NCBI RefSeq assembly: GCF_002105155.1
Contig: NW_019029011.1
Coordinates: 1 to 64,000, forward strand
Direction: 5' to 3'
DNA from: Lobosporangium transversale
Taxonomy: Eukaryota
DNA length: 64,000 nt
Under the pieces are notes generated by a model. The model was not told where the DNA came from and did no database searches. It saw only the letters and a list, made by a program, of their open reading frames with translations. Both the position numbers and the translations under genes were made by a program. This document shows positions 1 through 16,123 of this stretch, piece after piece (the first letter of the stretch is position 1; each line of letters begins with the position of its first letter).

Positions 1-113
1 ACACGCGATCTGTGCGCGGCTTGTTACCCCACAATGATGGAGAAGGATTGGGATATTCACACGAATGGGGCAAACTGTCGAAGCTCAAATGCAAAATGCA
101 ATGGATCCCATAC

Positions 114-318
114 CTGTCTGGAAGACACACTCGCCGGCAATGCTCTTGGTCTCAGCACCAAAGGAGATACCCTGATAAGAGGTGCCATCTCGAAAGACCA
201 ACGTAGCGATAGTGGCATTGGGTTGCTCGCAAGGGACGCCAGTAACAGGAGGATGAGGGTTAGCAGCCTGAATATTCGACGACGAGGCCGCAGGTGAAGG
301 ACGAGTCTGAGAAGGCAT
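114..318 (-). CDS. URA2: First exon of URA2/CAD-like multifunctional protein (glutamine-dependent CPSase small-chain N-terminus); gene runs off the left edge
   Basis: ATG at 318 gives MPSQ...ATLVFRDGTSYQGISFGAETKSIAGECVFQTG, then donor GTATGG at 113. The VFQTG motif and lack of an obvious mitochondrial presequence fit URA2 better than CPA1/arg-2. Confidence 0.8.
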
Positions 319-439
319 TATGATGAATGATTGGAAAGTAAAAAAAAAATGCAAGTGTAGAAATACAGGGGATACAACAAATAATGAAGCTAGAAACACA
401 AAGATAGTGCAGATTAAACAAAAAGAAAGTAAAAGTCTG

Positions 440-517
440 TCAAGGTGGGGTACGAAAACGGGGCTGTCCTCTCCGGTAGGGAATGGGTCGGGAGGTTGTC
501 GCGTGAAAGGTTAACAT
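440..517 (-). promoter_or_regulatory. Upstream ORF, 25 aa, MLTFHATTSRPIPYRRGQPRFRTPP*
   Basis: Only AUG between the TATA box (578-571) and the main ATG (318); GC-richer than its flanks. Confidence 0.5.
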
Positions 518-570
518 AACAAAAAAAAGAAGAAGAGAAGAAAAAGAGCAAGAGAATCGATCCAGGGACC

Positions 571-578
571 CTTTTATA
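571..578 (-). promoter_or_regulatory. TATA box of the URA2-like gene
   Basis: TATAAAAG on the minus strand, followed by a pyrimidine-rich tract. Confidence 0.55.
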
Positions 579-814
579 CCTTCCTGTGGCGCACACCAAC
601 GTTTTTTTTTTTTTTTTTTTTTTTGTTTTTGTGTGACCGGTTAGTGGCCCTCTTCAATTGAGAGGGGACCATGCTCACTCCATTGCTAAATGCTCAAAAG
701 AAAAGAAAGAAAAGCTCATCCTTCTTCTTCACAACAATTCGCCATTCATCTGTAACGCGCATTTCCTCTTCATTTTATATTTTTGAAAATACCCCACGCA
801 TTATATCATTAAAA

Positions 815-1045
815 ATGGACTTCACTCCCGAAGAAATCATTGACCTCAAGGAAGCATTTGCAAACTACGACAAGGATAAGAATGGTCGCATTGCCACGAG
901 CGAGCTCAAGCAACTGATTCAGCAAGACGTATCTGATGAGACCTTGGCTAATGTCATCAAGCAATTTGACACCAACGGGGATGGAGAGCTCGACTTTAAC
1001 GAGTTTGTTGGTCTCATGAAGGCACTTCGTTCAATTGATGAATAA
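815..1045 (+). CDS. 76-aa two-EF-hand calcium-binding protein (half-calmodulin-like)
   Basis: AAAAATG start; EF loops DKDKNGRIATSE and DTNGDGELDFNE; intronless. Confidence 0.85.
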   Translation: MDFTPEEIIDLKEAFANYDKDKNGRIATSELKQLIQQDVSDETLANVIKQFDTNGDGELDFNEFVGLMKALRSIDE

Positions 1046-1731
1046 CCGTACAAAAAAAGGAAAAAAAACGCGTGTACATGTAGGCATATCCGTGGTGGTA
1101 TTTCTACCGCCCATTTACTGATTCACGAAAGAGTTTTTTTTGCAATAAAAAGATGAGTTGTCAACTCTCCAATCTTAAATAAAATGAAAGAGTTCTGGGG
1201 CATGCAATAGTCAGACTACTTGTAGTGTTTGCAACTGGTCAAATAGGAAGCGAGTCTGGACACATTTAAAAAAAAAAAAAAGACGCGACTCCTTCTCCTC
1301 CATCATCACCATCACCATTATCATCATGGCTGTCTTTCTTCTAATAGCGTCCACTTACTCTCTCTTCTTCAAGACCGCTTCAACAAGACATTGATATTTG
1401 GGGGAGGTCTAAGAGCACTGCCGCATCTCTAGACGTCACAAATTCTGGTCAGTTGCTGATTGCTGGTTGAGTACATGTACAGTCTTAGAACTTTAAACTA
1501 CATAGACTAAAGTGCAGACCTCTGGAGTATAAATATATAAATGCACTGCAGCTCCTTGGTTGGGCTGACATTATTTCTATGCGCGCATCGGAGATTTTAG
1601 CGGAACTCGTCGGAATCATTTTAATCTTTCCACAAGAGGCCGTAGGGGACTAAGTTTGCATCGACTACAGTCTGGTGTTTAGATTTTTTTTTTTTTTATT
1701 TATTTTTCTATTGCAGTTATGCATGGAATAG

Positions 1732-3390
1732 CTACGAGTTAATCCTGTTCTCTAACCATAAGGCGTCGCCAACGATTTCAGCCCCACTTCCTATTCCTTC
1801 GTCATCTACAAGGACCTCTCCCGAACGAACGCGCCAGAGTTTGACTCGAGTTTTGGCCACAACAGTCTCTTCAACTGTTACGGCCATTTTACCCCTCATG
1901 CGATTTGGAGCACGTAATGGGTATCCTGTGCCCATCGTTCTAGTCACATTGATCTCTAAAGCTACTCTCTCCCATAAATTACCGTTGGGATCTTTAGTTG
2001 TCGCGTGAAGGGACATTGTTTGAGTGCCTGCTTCCACATCCAAGGCGAATCTGAGATGCTTGATACGAGCTAGGGGCATATATGATGAGAAATTGTATAG
2101 GGTCTTGGAGGCTGCGTCATAGTAGATGATCAACATCCCAGCGAATCTTGTAAGCGGTAAAGCCCTTGGCAGGTGTGTGGCGATCCAGTCAGTAACATCA
2201 GGACCCAACCAAGGCACAGACGCGCCCGAAACCTACAGCAAGAAGGAGAGTAAAAAAAAAAAAAAAAAAAAAATTAACATGCGAAAGCGTCGTCTCTTTA
2301 GATTTAATAAAACAGTTGAGCATAGACATATCATTCTTACCATCATTGATGACCCTGGAGATTTCCTAAACATGTTGGTTTGTGCCCAGAACCATGTGGA
2401 AGGAAAATTAATTCCCCAATCCTTCTCGATGTAGCCTATGCCACCATCAAAGGTCGCTTCGGATACGATCGAGTTGTTACCATATAATGTCATAATTCGA
2501 CCGTATTGGATGGGATGCTGTAACGAGGCAACACCATGATTACATTCAAGGAATGGAATATAATGTGTAATACCCATGATAGTAGGAAACAAAAGCGATT
2601 TCGGTAGGGGTGTTTGCGTTTTAGCAGGAAACTTGAAGTGAGCCTTGATTGCAAACGGTTCCAGTAGCTCTGCTTCCTTCAGCTGTGCTGTGCTTGGGAA
2701 TAGGCCTCTGAAGAATGTCAAAGGAAGTGGCTGCTCATTAACTTTTTCTTCACCTTCTCCATGGGCTTTCTTCTCCCGACGAGCCTGTTGCAGGTACTGG
2801 AGTCCATATTCGGCGCTTGCGACAGCATAAAATGCCTCGAGTTCATCAATTGGGATTCGCTCAAAGTTTTTGACAGGAAGGTCAAGGATGACTTCGTCAT
2901 GTGCAAACAAATTGTTTCCGATGCGAATGCGAAACGCACGTTCCTCGCCAGGGAGATGACTACCAAAGTCGACGAATTCTTCGGTTGGGAAGCGGTAGTA
3001 AGCATACTTCTCAGGGCCAGAGAGTCCGAGCGGCAAGACAAAGGCATGTGCACGTTGATGGTCTTGAGCTTCCAAAGGAGGTCGATAGATGCCCATGATG
3101 ACGGCCATCCCTTGTACAGTACTGTTATTATGATCGGATCCTTCATTTTCTTTAACCATCTTGAAATACCAACCTTCGAAAAAGTTGGCGTTGATATCTT
3201 GACCATGATATTGTAACGATCGACCGAGATTCTTGATATTGGACCACCAATAGGCACGTCTGGGGCTAATGGGCGTGAGAATTGATTGGAAGAGGGCTGC
3301 GGCAAGGAGCACAAACATGGCCATTCGGATAAAGTTATTCAGTCTTGCCCCTGAGGTGGCATATTGCTTTTCAATGTTCGCGTCCTTCAT
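1732..3390 (-). CDS. Tocopherol cyclase-family protein; exons 3390-2341, 2232-1732
   Basis: FFEGWYFK, PFLECNHGVAS and GYIEKDWGINFPSTWFWAQTN motifs; the GT-AG intron restores frame (SSMM|VSGASVPWLG); N-terminal hydrophobic segment. Confidence 0.85.
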
Positions 3391-3442
3391 GGTCAAATGA
3401 GAAGAATGAGGGAATGATTTAAAAAAGGAATGAATTGAATGC

Positions 3443-3475
<33 letters not shown>

Positions 3476-4388
3476 ATAAATACATAAATATATATAAAAA
3501 AAAAAAAAAAAAAAAAAAGTTTTGAACAGGCAAGGAAGCAGTGGTGTAACTAGGGAGAGAGGTCTATGTCATGTAACATGTGCACCATTGATGGATTGAC
3601 CAAGAGAAGTAAAGGAATATCTGCCCTCTGGTGTCAAGGAAGTTTTACACAAAGAGGCGGGTAGTAGGGCAATGTAGCGATTACTGGATAGAGGGATAGC
3701 AGTATCGGTGTGTTCATTTAAAATTGATTTGGATATGCGAAACTACACGACGCGCCAAAGGATAGGGATCGAATGGTGGAGATGGACTTGATGACTGTGA
3801 TTCTCTTGTGTGAACTAGATCACCGATCTTTGAGTAATAGGATCAGGGACAAGGGTAATGGCTCTAGAGTTCAATGAGGTGGAGAGACATTATCACATTA
3901 TCACATTACGGACAGACATTGCTCTTTGCTTAGCAATCGCGATATCATACTGTCCAATGAGTTTGTGCATTTTGTATTTTTGTTAGGAGCACTAAAAAAG
4001 ACCCGCGCCTGTGCTCTCTTCTTTTGCATCATCATAAGTCATCTCCACTTGAAGGAATCTTTCTCGTTCCCCCAATGCCCTTTCTGCTCCCTGGGTAACT
4101 CTGTGTTATGTCAATGGTGCACCTCAGGAATCTAGTCTGTCCTTTTTATCCGATATATCCGATTCGACAGCAGAACAACATCCGTGCATTGCATCGTATC
4201 ACATCACCCAGCAATCATGGAAAAAGACTCTTGACTTTTTCTTTTTCTTCTCCAACACCAGAAGAACCATTTACACACACATGAATGTGTGCAGCTCATG
4301 CATGTAATTCATCTGTTGATGTCAATGCACATCGACGTGAATGTTGAATATGGATTGGTTCATCGTTCATAGACAGGCTTACAAGCTG

Positions 4389-4422
<34 letters not shown>

Positions 4423-4648
4423 CTCACTCATATCTCTATTTCTCTCTTGGCTTTCTCTCTCCATCTTTCCTTTCTATCCATTTCTTTCTTCTCTCTTTTT
4501 TCTTTTTTCTTTTTTCTTTTTTCAAATTGACATTCAGTTCTAAATTACATCTGTTGCTTCATTCGACTCATCTGGATACATTAACAAAAAGTAAATTTGT
4601 GTGCTTCTTTGCACAAATAAAACCTTCCTTTCTTTACAAACAATCAAC

Positions 4649-9153
<4,505 letters not shown>

Positions 9154-9220
9154 AGAGAAAATTCTTACTGACTTGTGTTCACATTAATTTTTTTTTACTC
9201 TTATTTTTCTTGTAACAATA

Positions 9221-9251
<31 letters not shown>

Positions 9252-9448
9252 TTCCTCTTCACATTTCTTACAAACCCCAAAGCTCATAATAAAAGAACCC
9301 TCTAATACCCTCTTTCTTTCAAAGCTTTTCTTTGTTTTTGTTTTCATAGAAACCCAACTGAAAAAAAAAAAAAAAAAAAAAAAAAAAACCATGTTCAGTG
9401 TGTTAATTACTTTTATTTTTATTTTTAATTTTAATTTTATTTGGACGT

Positions 9449-9970
9449 TTATGGGTCTAAGCGTGGGACATGGATCGTGTATGGTTTCGTACCCCTGTCA
9501 CCACCAGGGGTACCCTCGGGTCCACCACGAACATTTTCGACAAAGATGGTGATGTCTAAACCACCTGTGTGCGGATTGAAGTAGCCATGCGAGAAATTCC
9601 TACGAGGCATGAGTTTATCCATTTGAAGAGGCTTTCCATCGACGTCGATAGTGAACATGGGATACATGTCTTCATAGGTCTTGACACGACCTTCCAAGAT
9701 ATGGACTTTATCCTGGAAATGCAACAACCTGATTACACCATCTGGAGGAGGCTCATTCACAATCGCAGAAGAAATCACTTGATACATCAACTGAGGATCG
9801 TTTTCTGGTGGTGAGATCTTGGCATGGAATCGGCCCACACCTGCACAGTGGACATCACCGGAAATGAACGTCACTCGAATCTTACGGTCGTTAGCAAAGT
9901 TCTGAAGACGAGTAATGAACTTGTTACGCTCCGCCTTGTGTGCCTTGGCTGTTAAAAGATGGGTGGGAAG

Positions 9971-10002
<32 letters not shown>

Positions 10003-10602
10003 GTTAGTTTTTAAAAGAGTTTATACAGAAATATCTATCTTGCTTCTTTTGAAAGAAAGAGAGACTTTACCAGTCCAATGGTCGTTCAAATCATCCAACA
10101 ACTCTGGTTCCCCATTCAACTTGTTGACCACGCTCTTCGCACCAGCCAAAGTTCCCAAGACATTTCCGACACCACTCATCAAATTCTCTGCAAAGACTAA
10201 ACGTGGATAAGCAATGGGAACACCCAGCTGAACCAAGAGATGTCGAGTTCCTTGAGGAATTTCATGATACATTTTGGCGAATGCTAAATCGTATGTCTGA
10301 TCGGAACAGACCATGTTCTTGGTTCGTTCTGAACGAGCATCTAAAACAAGGATCGAGGTCGTCGGTCCCAAGGATGTCAAAATGTTTTCGCCAATACCTG
10401 CAGAGAAGTATCCATGTTGGGGAACCAATGCTGGAGTGGTGTGATGTTGGAATAACAAGTAGAACCGACGTGAGATCGCTCCAATGGTTGACATGACAGG
10501 ACTCTTTTGAGTCGATTCTGGATATGAGCCATAGCCGTCAATAGTGCTGAACAAACAAACAAATAAACAGAAAAACAAAACAAAAAAAAAAATACATATT
10601 AG

Positions 10603-10635
<33 letters not shown>

Positions 10636-11036
10636 TAAAAAAAAAGCTCTCCTCTTGGAATCCATTTTTTTTCTTTCTTTTTTTTTTTTTTTTTTTACAA
10701 CAACTGTTGTAACTTACTCATGATCATCCCACATGTTGATGGTAGGGATGGCAGCAAGGGCTTGACCATAGGTACCCTTAGAGAACCAATGACAGTATCG
10801 GTTGAAATAATAGTTCTCAATTGCAAGAGTCCACTCAGTTCTACAGGAGGCCTTCTCTCGTCCTTCGACCGAAGTAATGGCCAACCATTCAACCATTTCC
10901 TTCTCATTCAAGAGTGAGTCGCAATAAAGCTGATCGCCTCCTCCGATCATGACGTGATAAGGTTGCTCTGTGTGTTTGGCCAACACATCATTCCACAAGG
11001 GATTGGCACCTCCAAGAGCGACTGTCGGATTTGTTC

Positions 11037-11067
<31 letters not shown>

Positions 11068-12857
11068 GATTTGTTTTGTTTTTTGTTTCGTTGTTCAGTT
11101 CAGGGTGTATTGTTGATGTTGAAAAAAAGAAAAACATTATATGTAAATACATTAGCATGTGCCATTCCAATAAATAAAAAAAAACTGTCCTATTCGGGAT
11201 TCGGAATTTCTCGTACACAAAATTTGAAATAAAGAGTTATCATGGAGTGTTGGAGTGAGAAAAAAAAAAAAAAAAAAAAAAAAACATGGGCTGGAGTTAT
11301 CCCTGGTACTCTACTCCACGCCACTCCTTCTTTGTCTAACCTCAACGTTATATTACAGCAATAATAATAAAAAAAAAAAAAAAAAAAAAAAAAAAACGCT
11401 TATTGAGGAAAGAGGAGGCGGAAATACAAAAGGGAAAAAGTCCCAGAAAAGGAATAACTTTTTTACATCTGTGCACACAGCCATTTTTTTTTTTTTTTTT
11501 TTTTTTATAACCTAAAACCATCCTCTCCACTCCCACAAAAGATACTAAAAAAAAAAAGAAAACACCCATGAGGAATGAAAGCGCGCATATCGTATTATGA
11601 AGAAGTAAAGGAATAGAAAAGAAAAAAAGAAAAAAAAAGTACAAATGACCTCGGACACCTTTTTTTTTTTTTTTTTTTTTTTTTTCCGTTTCCTCTCCCC
11701 TTTTTTTGTTCTCCTTGTGTTTGTTGTTCAAGGTCGTTGGCGCAGATTTGTTTTCCTGTTTTCTTTGCTTAGACCCCAGTGTCGGAGAAAAAAAAATAAA
11801 AAATAAAAAAAAAATAAAATGATAATGTTGATGATGATGAGAGAATAATATAAAACATACCAGCGTCTGTACTAGAAGAGAATCCATTGCAGGAATAAAA
11901 CATCCACCTGAACGATTCTGTCCTTCCTGCGACAAAGAACCAATATTGGGGTCCCCCATTGATGGAATAGGTAATCTTCTTCGTTCCATGCTGATCCTGA
12001 GGAATCACCAGAGCAAATCTCCAAAAGACCGACTGGTTATAAGTATCAATCGATTGACCGATCACTACTTGAGGCGTTGATCGACCATCATTCCAGGTCA
12101 AGACTGGTGGGGGCTGTCCAATGGCTTCAGGTCTCGCAACCATTAATACAGATCCAATCCAATGTCCATTATGGATATCTAGGTTTTGGTACCGCAACAA
12201 TGGTCCACATTGGAACGCAAAGGTCGAAGGTTGCTGATTTGGGTGTTGATGGCCTTGATGAGCCTGATGATATTGTGGTTGTGGGAACTGAGGAATCGCT
12301 GGCATGGAATAAGACGGCGTCATCGCAGAGCTTCCAGCAGGTGATGTAGGTGGAGGGTATGATGGTTGTGACTGAGCATAGGGATAGGGCCCTGACGGTG
12401 GAGTGGGCAATGGTGGCAATCCTCCATTAGGATAAGGAGACGGAACCTGAGTTGGCATTCCTCCAGTTGGATAAGGAGTCGGAACATGACTTGGTGCTCC
12501 ATAAGACTGACTGGATGGGGGTCCTGGTGGAGGAGGGTACATCCCATTGGGAGGAGGCGCTGGAACTGGAACAGACGTTGGGGCACCTCCGTATCCTGTG
12601 CTTGGAGGGGGGTACATCATCCCTGATGAGGATCCTCCCGATGGTAGTGCTCCATAAGGTGCAGATGCAGGTGGAGGATAGCCTGAAGTCCCACCGGCAA
12701 CGCCTGGATAAGTAGATGGTGGTGGTGGTCCAGGAGGAGGAGCATAGGATCCTTGTTGATATTGAGAATTTTGGGGAGGAGGCGAAGTGGGTGGAGGAAA
12801 ACCGCCGTAACCGTTTTGTTGATTCTGATTCTGGTTCTGGTATGGATTCGGATACAT
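9449..12857 (-). CDS. PhoD-like metallophosphatase with Pro/Tyr/Gly-rich N-terminus; exons 12857-11861, 11021-10718, 10546-10071, 9948-9449
   Basis: YSCNGFS, GGGDQLYCD, WDDHD..DGYGSY and ISGDVH motifs; frame-consistent introns. Confidence 0.88.
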
Positions 12858-13515
12858 CTTGGAGGTCCGGTTATTTAAATCAAGAAAGAAGGAGAAACGT
12901 CTCTTCACAAAGGAAGAGAAGGAAAAGGGAAAAAGGATGTAGAGAGGAAAGAAAAAAGAAAGAGTTTTCGCGCGCTGTGTCTTTTTTATGCGGGAAATAG
13001 ATGAAGTTGACAGAAAACATGTTTGCTCACTAGCATTATGAAGTCGTGACTGGCTTCACTAGTTTGACAACTTTTCAAAGCCTATCAAAGAGATGTTTAG
13101 AATGGAAAAGGCTCCATATCTTTGCTTTGAAAAGAGGTAGATACTTCTTTAAGAGTCCCTCTTCTTTATTCTTTTTTTTTTTTTTTTTTTTTTTTCTTTT
13201 CTTTTCTTTTCTTTTCTTTTCCGGGAATCAGAATTGAAAGTTGGAGAAAAGACTTTCTAGGCTCCTTTCCCATGCTTCCTCTTCAATCAAACAAGAGGCT
13301 GAGCAGCATTCTGAGAAAAAAAAAAAAAAAAAAAGCCACTTCGACACACACACACAGCCAGTTCATTATTACATTAAATCTCTTTCTGTTTCTGAGTTGG
13401 TACATCTTTGTCTTTTTGCTTTTTCACTTTTGCTGTGCAAACCTTCACTTATTGACATATATTGTACGAATATCTCATGCATTCAATTGGTATGAGCTTG
13501 TCTTTTGTTTTTATG

Positions 13516-13553
<38 letters not shown>

Positions 13554-13564
13554 TGCTACAGAGT

Positions 13565-14110
13565 CTAGTTAGTGGGTGCACTATATCCCAAGCCCAATTC
13601 TGGGTACTGTGAGGGAACCTCCTCCAGAAAAGGAGTCAATCTTGACAAATCCAATGGTACAGGGGTTCCTAACCAGGCAGCTCTTGAAGAATGATCCTCG
13701 ATTTCTTGCTTTGTCAAGGGGTGAATCAAGATGGAATGAGCGCCTCGGTTCAATACAAACCAAGAATAGCACCTTGCAAAATCTTCTCGAGCACACCAAA
13801 CTTCAAAACTTCCAACAGGATGAGGTCCTCGAGGAACTGTGTTAATTCCATTCTTCAATGGGACCACCCCCTTAAAGAAGCCTTCTTTCACAAGTTGTAA
13901 GATCCGTTCTCGAAGCTTCACTGCGCTCTCATAAGATGCTACATTGGTTTGGAACCAATAGACATGGAAGTGAAACTCTTTGATTTCATTGTCGTACTCG
14001 GATTGGAGGTTATTGGAGGAGATATTATGTTGTTGTTGTTGTTGAGACGATGATGAAGATGAAGAGGGGTGAAGAGAGGAACTTGGAGTTTGACCAGACA
14101 TGAGCTGCAT
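13565..14110 (-). CDS. DOPA 4,5-dioxygenase family protein (Amanita DodA-type)
   Basis: FHFHVY, GPHPVGSFEV and LIHPLT...DH...A.WLG.P.PLDL motifs; intronless. Confidence 0.88.
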   Translation of the reverse strand: MQLMSGQTPSSSLHPSSSSSSSQQQQQHNISSNNLQSEYDNEIKEFHFHVYWFQTNVASYESAVKLRERILQLVKEGFFKGVVPLKNGINTVPRGPHPVGSFEVWCAREDFARCYSWFVLNRGAHSILIHPLTKQEIEDHSSRAAWLGTPVPLDLSRLTPFLEEVPSQYPELGLGYSAPTN

Positions 14111-14935
14111 TGTATGTAATATGTGAATATGTGTGTATGTTCTTTGTTCCTGAATAAAAAGGAGGTGGAAGAAAAGAAAGAGAAAGAGAAAGAGAAAGAG
14201 AAAGAGAGAGAGGAGAGAGGGATAAGAATGAATCGTGCGAAAAAGAAAAAAGATTTGTTATCAGATGTTGTACCAGGTCGAAAGTCAAATTTGGACAACT
14301 TTTTCTTTTTTGTGCACACATGCGTGCATGCAGAATTGACAAATCAAGACATTCCCTTTCTTTCACACGCTATTCCACATCTCCCATCCGGATCCTGCCT
14401 TCAAGTAGGAGAGGGAAAATACTACCAGAGTGTTACCATCGATTTCTGGGCATTAAAACTTAGTCAAGCGGGTCTAATTAAATGACCCTACGCCTGAAAT
14501 GCTCCTATCCATCCCTTGAACCTCAAATCCATATTTGGGCTCATTCCTTTTCTTCATCCTTGTTTACAATGATGGAATGTCCTGGCAGTGTCACAGGCGA
14601 ATAGTTGAACAACCTTTTTTATACCAACTACCAACTGAACCTTTTAACTCAATTTTTTTTTTTTTTTTATCTGATGGGTTTCACAACTGTTGCTACGCAA
14701 TTTTTTATACACTATATCACACTAAATAATTCCAGCACAACAAAAGACGTTGAATTAATAGCAAAAAAGCAAACGCAAAATAACAATAGTAAGCGGGAAA
14801 ATATAATAGAAAATAAAAAATAAAAAATAATAAAAACACGCAAGGGGATCATTAACGTGTGAACAATAACATCTTTGTTCTTTATAGCACTCGTTCATTC
14901 ATTCATTGCTTCAGCTTGGCTCAGCTTGGCTCAGC

Positions 14936-15435
14936 TCAGAAAAATCCACGGTTACCACCTGAACTTGAGAGTGAATTAATGTTACTAAGCTGAGGTCCTG
15001 CTTGCATGCGCAGCGATGAAATACGTTGTTCTTCCCGCTGTAGCTGCTCCATCCTATGCTGCTGTACCTTGAGCATGTGCTGTGCTGCAAGCAGCTGATC
15101 CGAGTACAGCGTACCTGCATTGGTGATTCTGATGAAGAAAAAAAAAAAAAAAAAAAAAAAAAAAAACAATTCTTAGCCAAAACAGAAAATATTAAATGGT
15201 AAAAAAAAAAAAAAAAAAAAAAAAACAAAGAAATAAAATGAATTGTTGATAACCTACGTTCCCTGCACTGCTTTGGTCAGAATCTTCATTGGCCCAGCAA
15301 TTGGAGTTGGAAGATGTGCTGCTGAGTTACTTTCCTCTTCATGAAGAATAGCATGCCTACGCATAGTCACTCGCAGGATTTTGCCTAAAGGGAACATAAC
15401 AAGGAAACAAAACGAATTATTAAACAACAGAAAGG

Positions 15436-15467
<32 letters not shown>

Positions 15468-16071
15468 CCTTCGGTGTTTTGTCGTTAACAAACTCTGTGA
15501 ATCTATTTTTTTTTTCTTTTCTTTTTTTATTGGTACAATACCATTATCAGCCTTCTTTCCATGCAAGTTTTCAATAGCTGCAATACCAGCTGCCTTCCGT
15601 GCATAAGTTACTTGAGAAAATCCATTGATACAGATACAGGATCTGATCTCACCAAATCTCGAACATACATACTAATAAACAATAAAATCGTTTCAAAGCA
15701 ATAGCATATTAGCCATATTGTGGAAGCTGAGGACACTAAAAAAAAAAAAAAAAAAAGGGCTATCGATGCAAGCATGAGGTCACACTGAAATAACTCCAAG
15801 TTTGGTTTTTTGATATTTTACCTTGACATCCTCTGCTGTGGTGCCAGGGTCCAGGTTCTCAATCTCGATCGTCACAGGACCACTCTCTCCACGAAATGTG
15901 ACGCTTGAATTGGGTGCAGATCCCTTGATGGACAGATTGCTGTCTTCCATATCCATGTCCATATCCATGGAGGATGTAGCTCTAGCCACATCAGATATTC
16001 TATTAGCTTGCTGCTGAGAATACTGTGTCTGCTGTTGCTGCTGCTGTTGCTGCTGCTGCTGTTGCTGCTGC

Positions 16072-16123
<52 letters not shown>

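Noticed and set aside
440..517. Canonical arginine attenuator peptide
   Set aside because: Similar length but lacks the conserved D-Y-x-S-D-H-x-W core; reported as a distinct candidate instead.
11090..11112. TPP riboswitch-like ATACACCCTGAACTGA in the PhoD intron
   Set aside because: No CTGAGA or P4/P5 elements, and the host gene is unrelated to thiamine.
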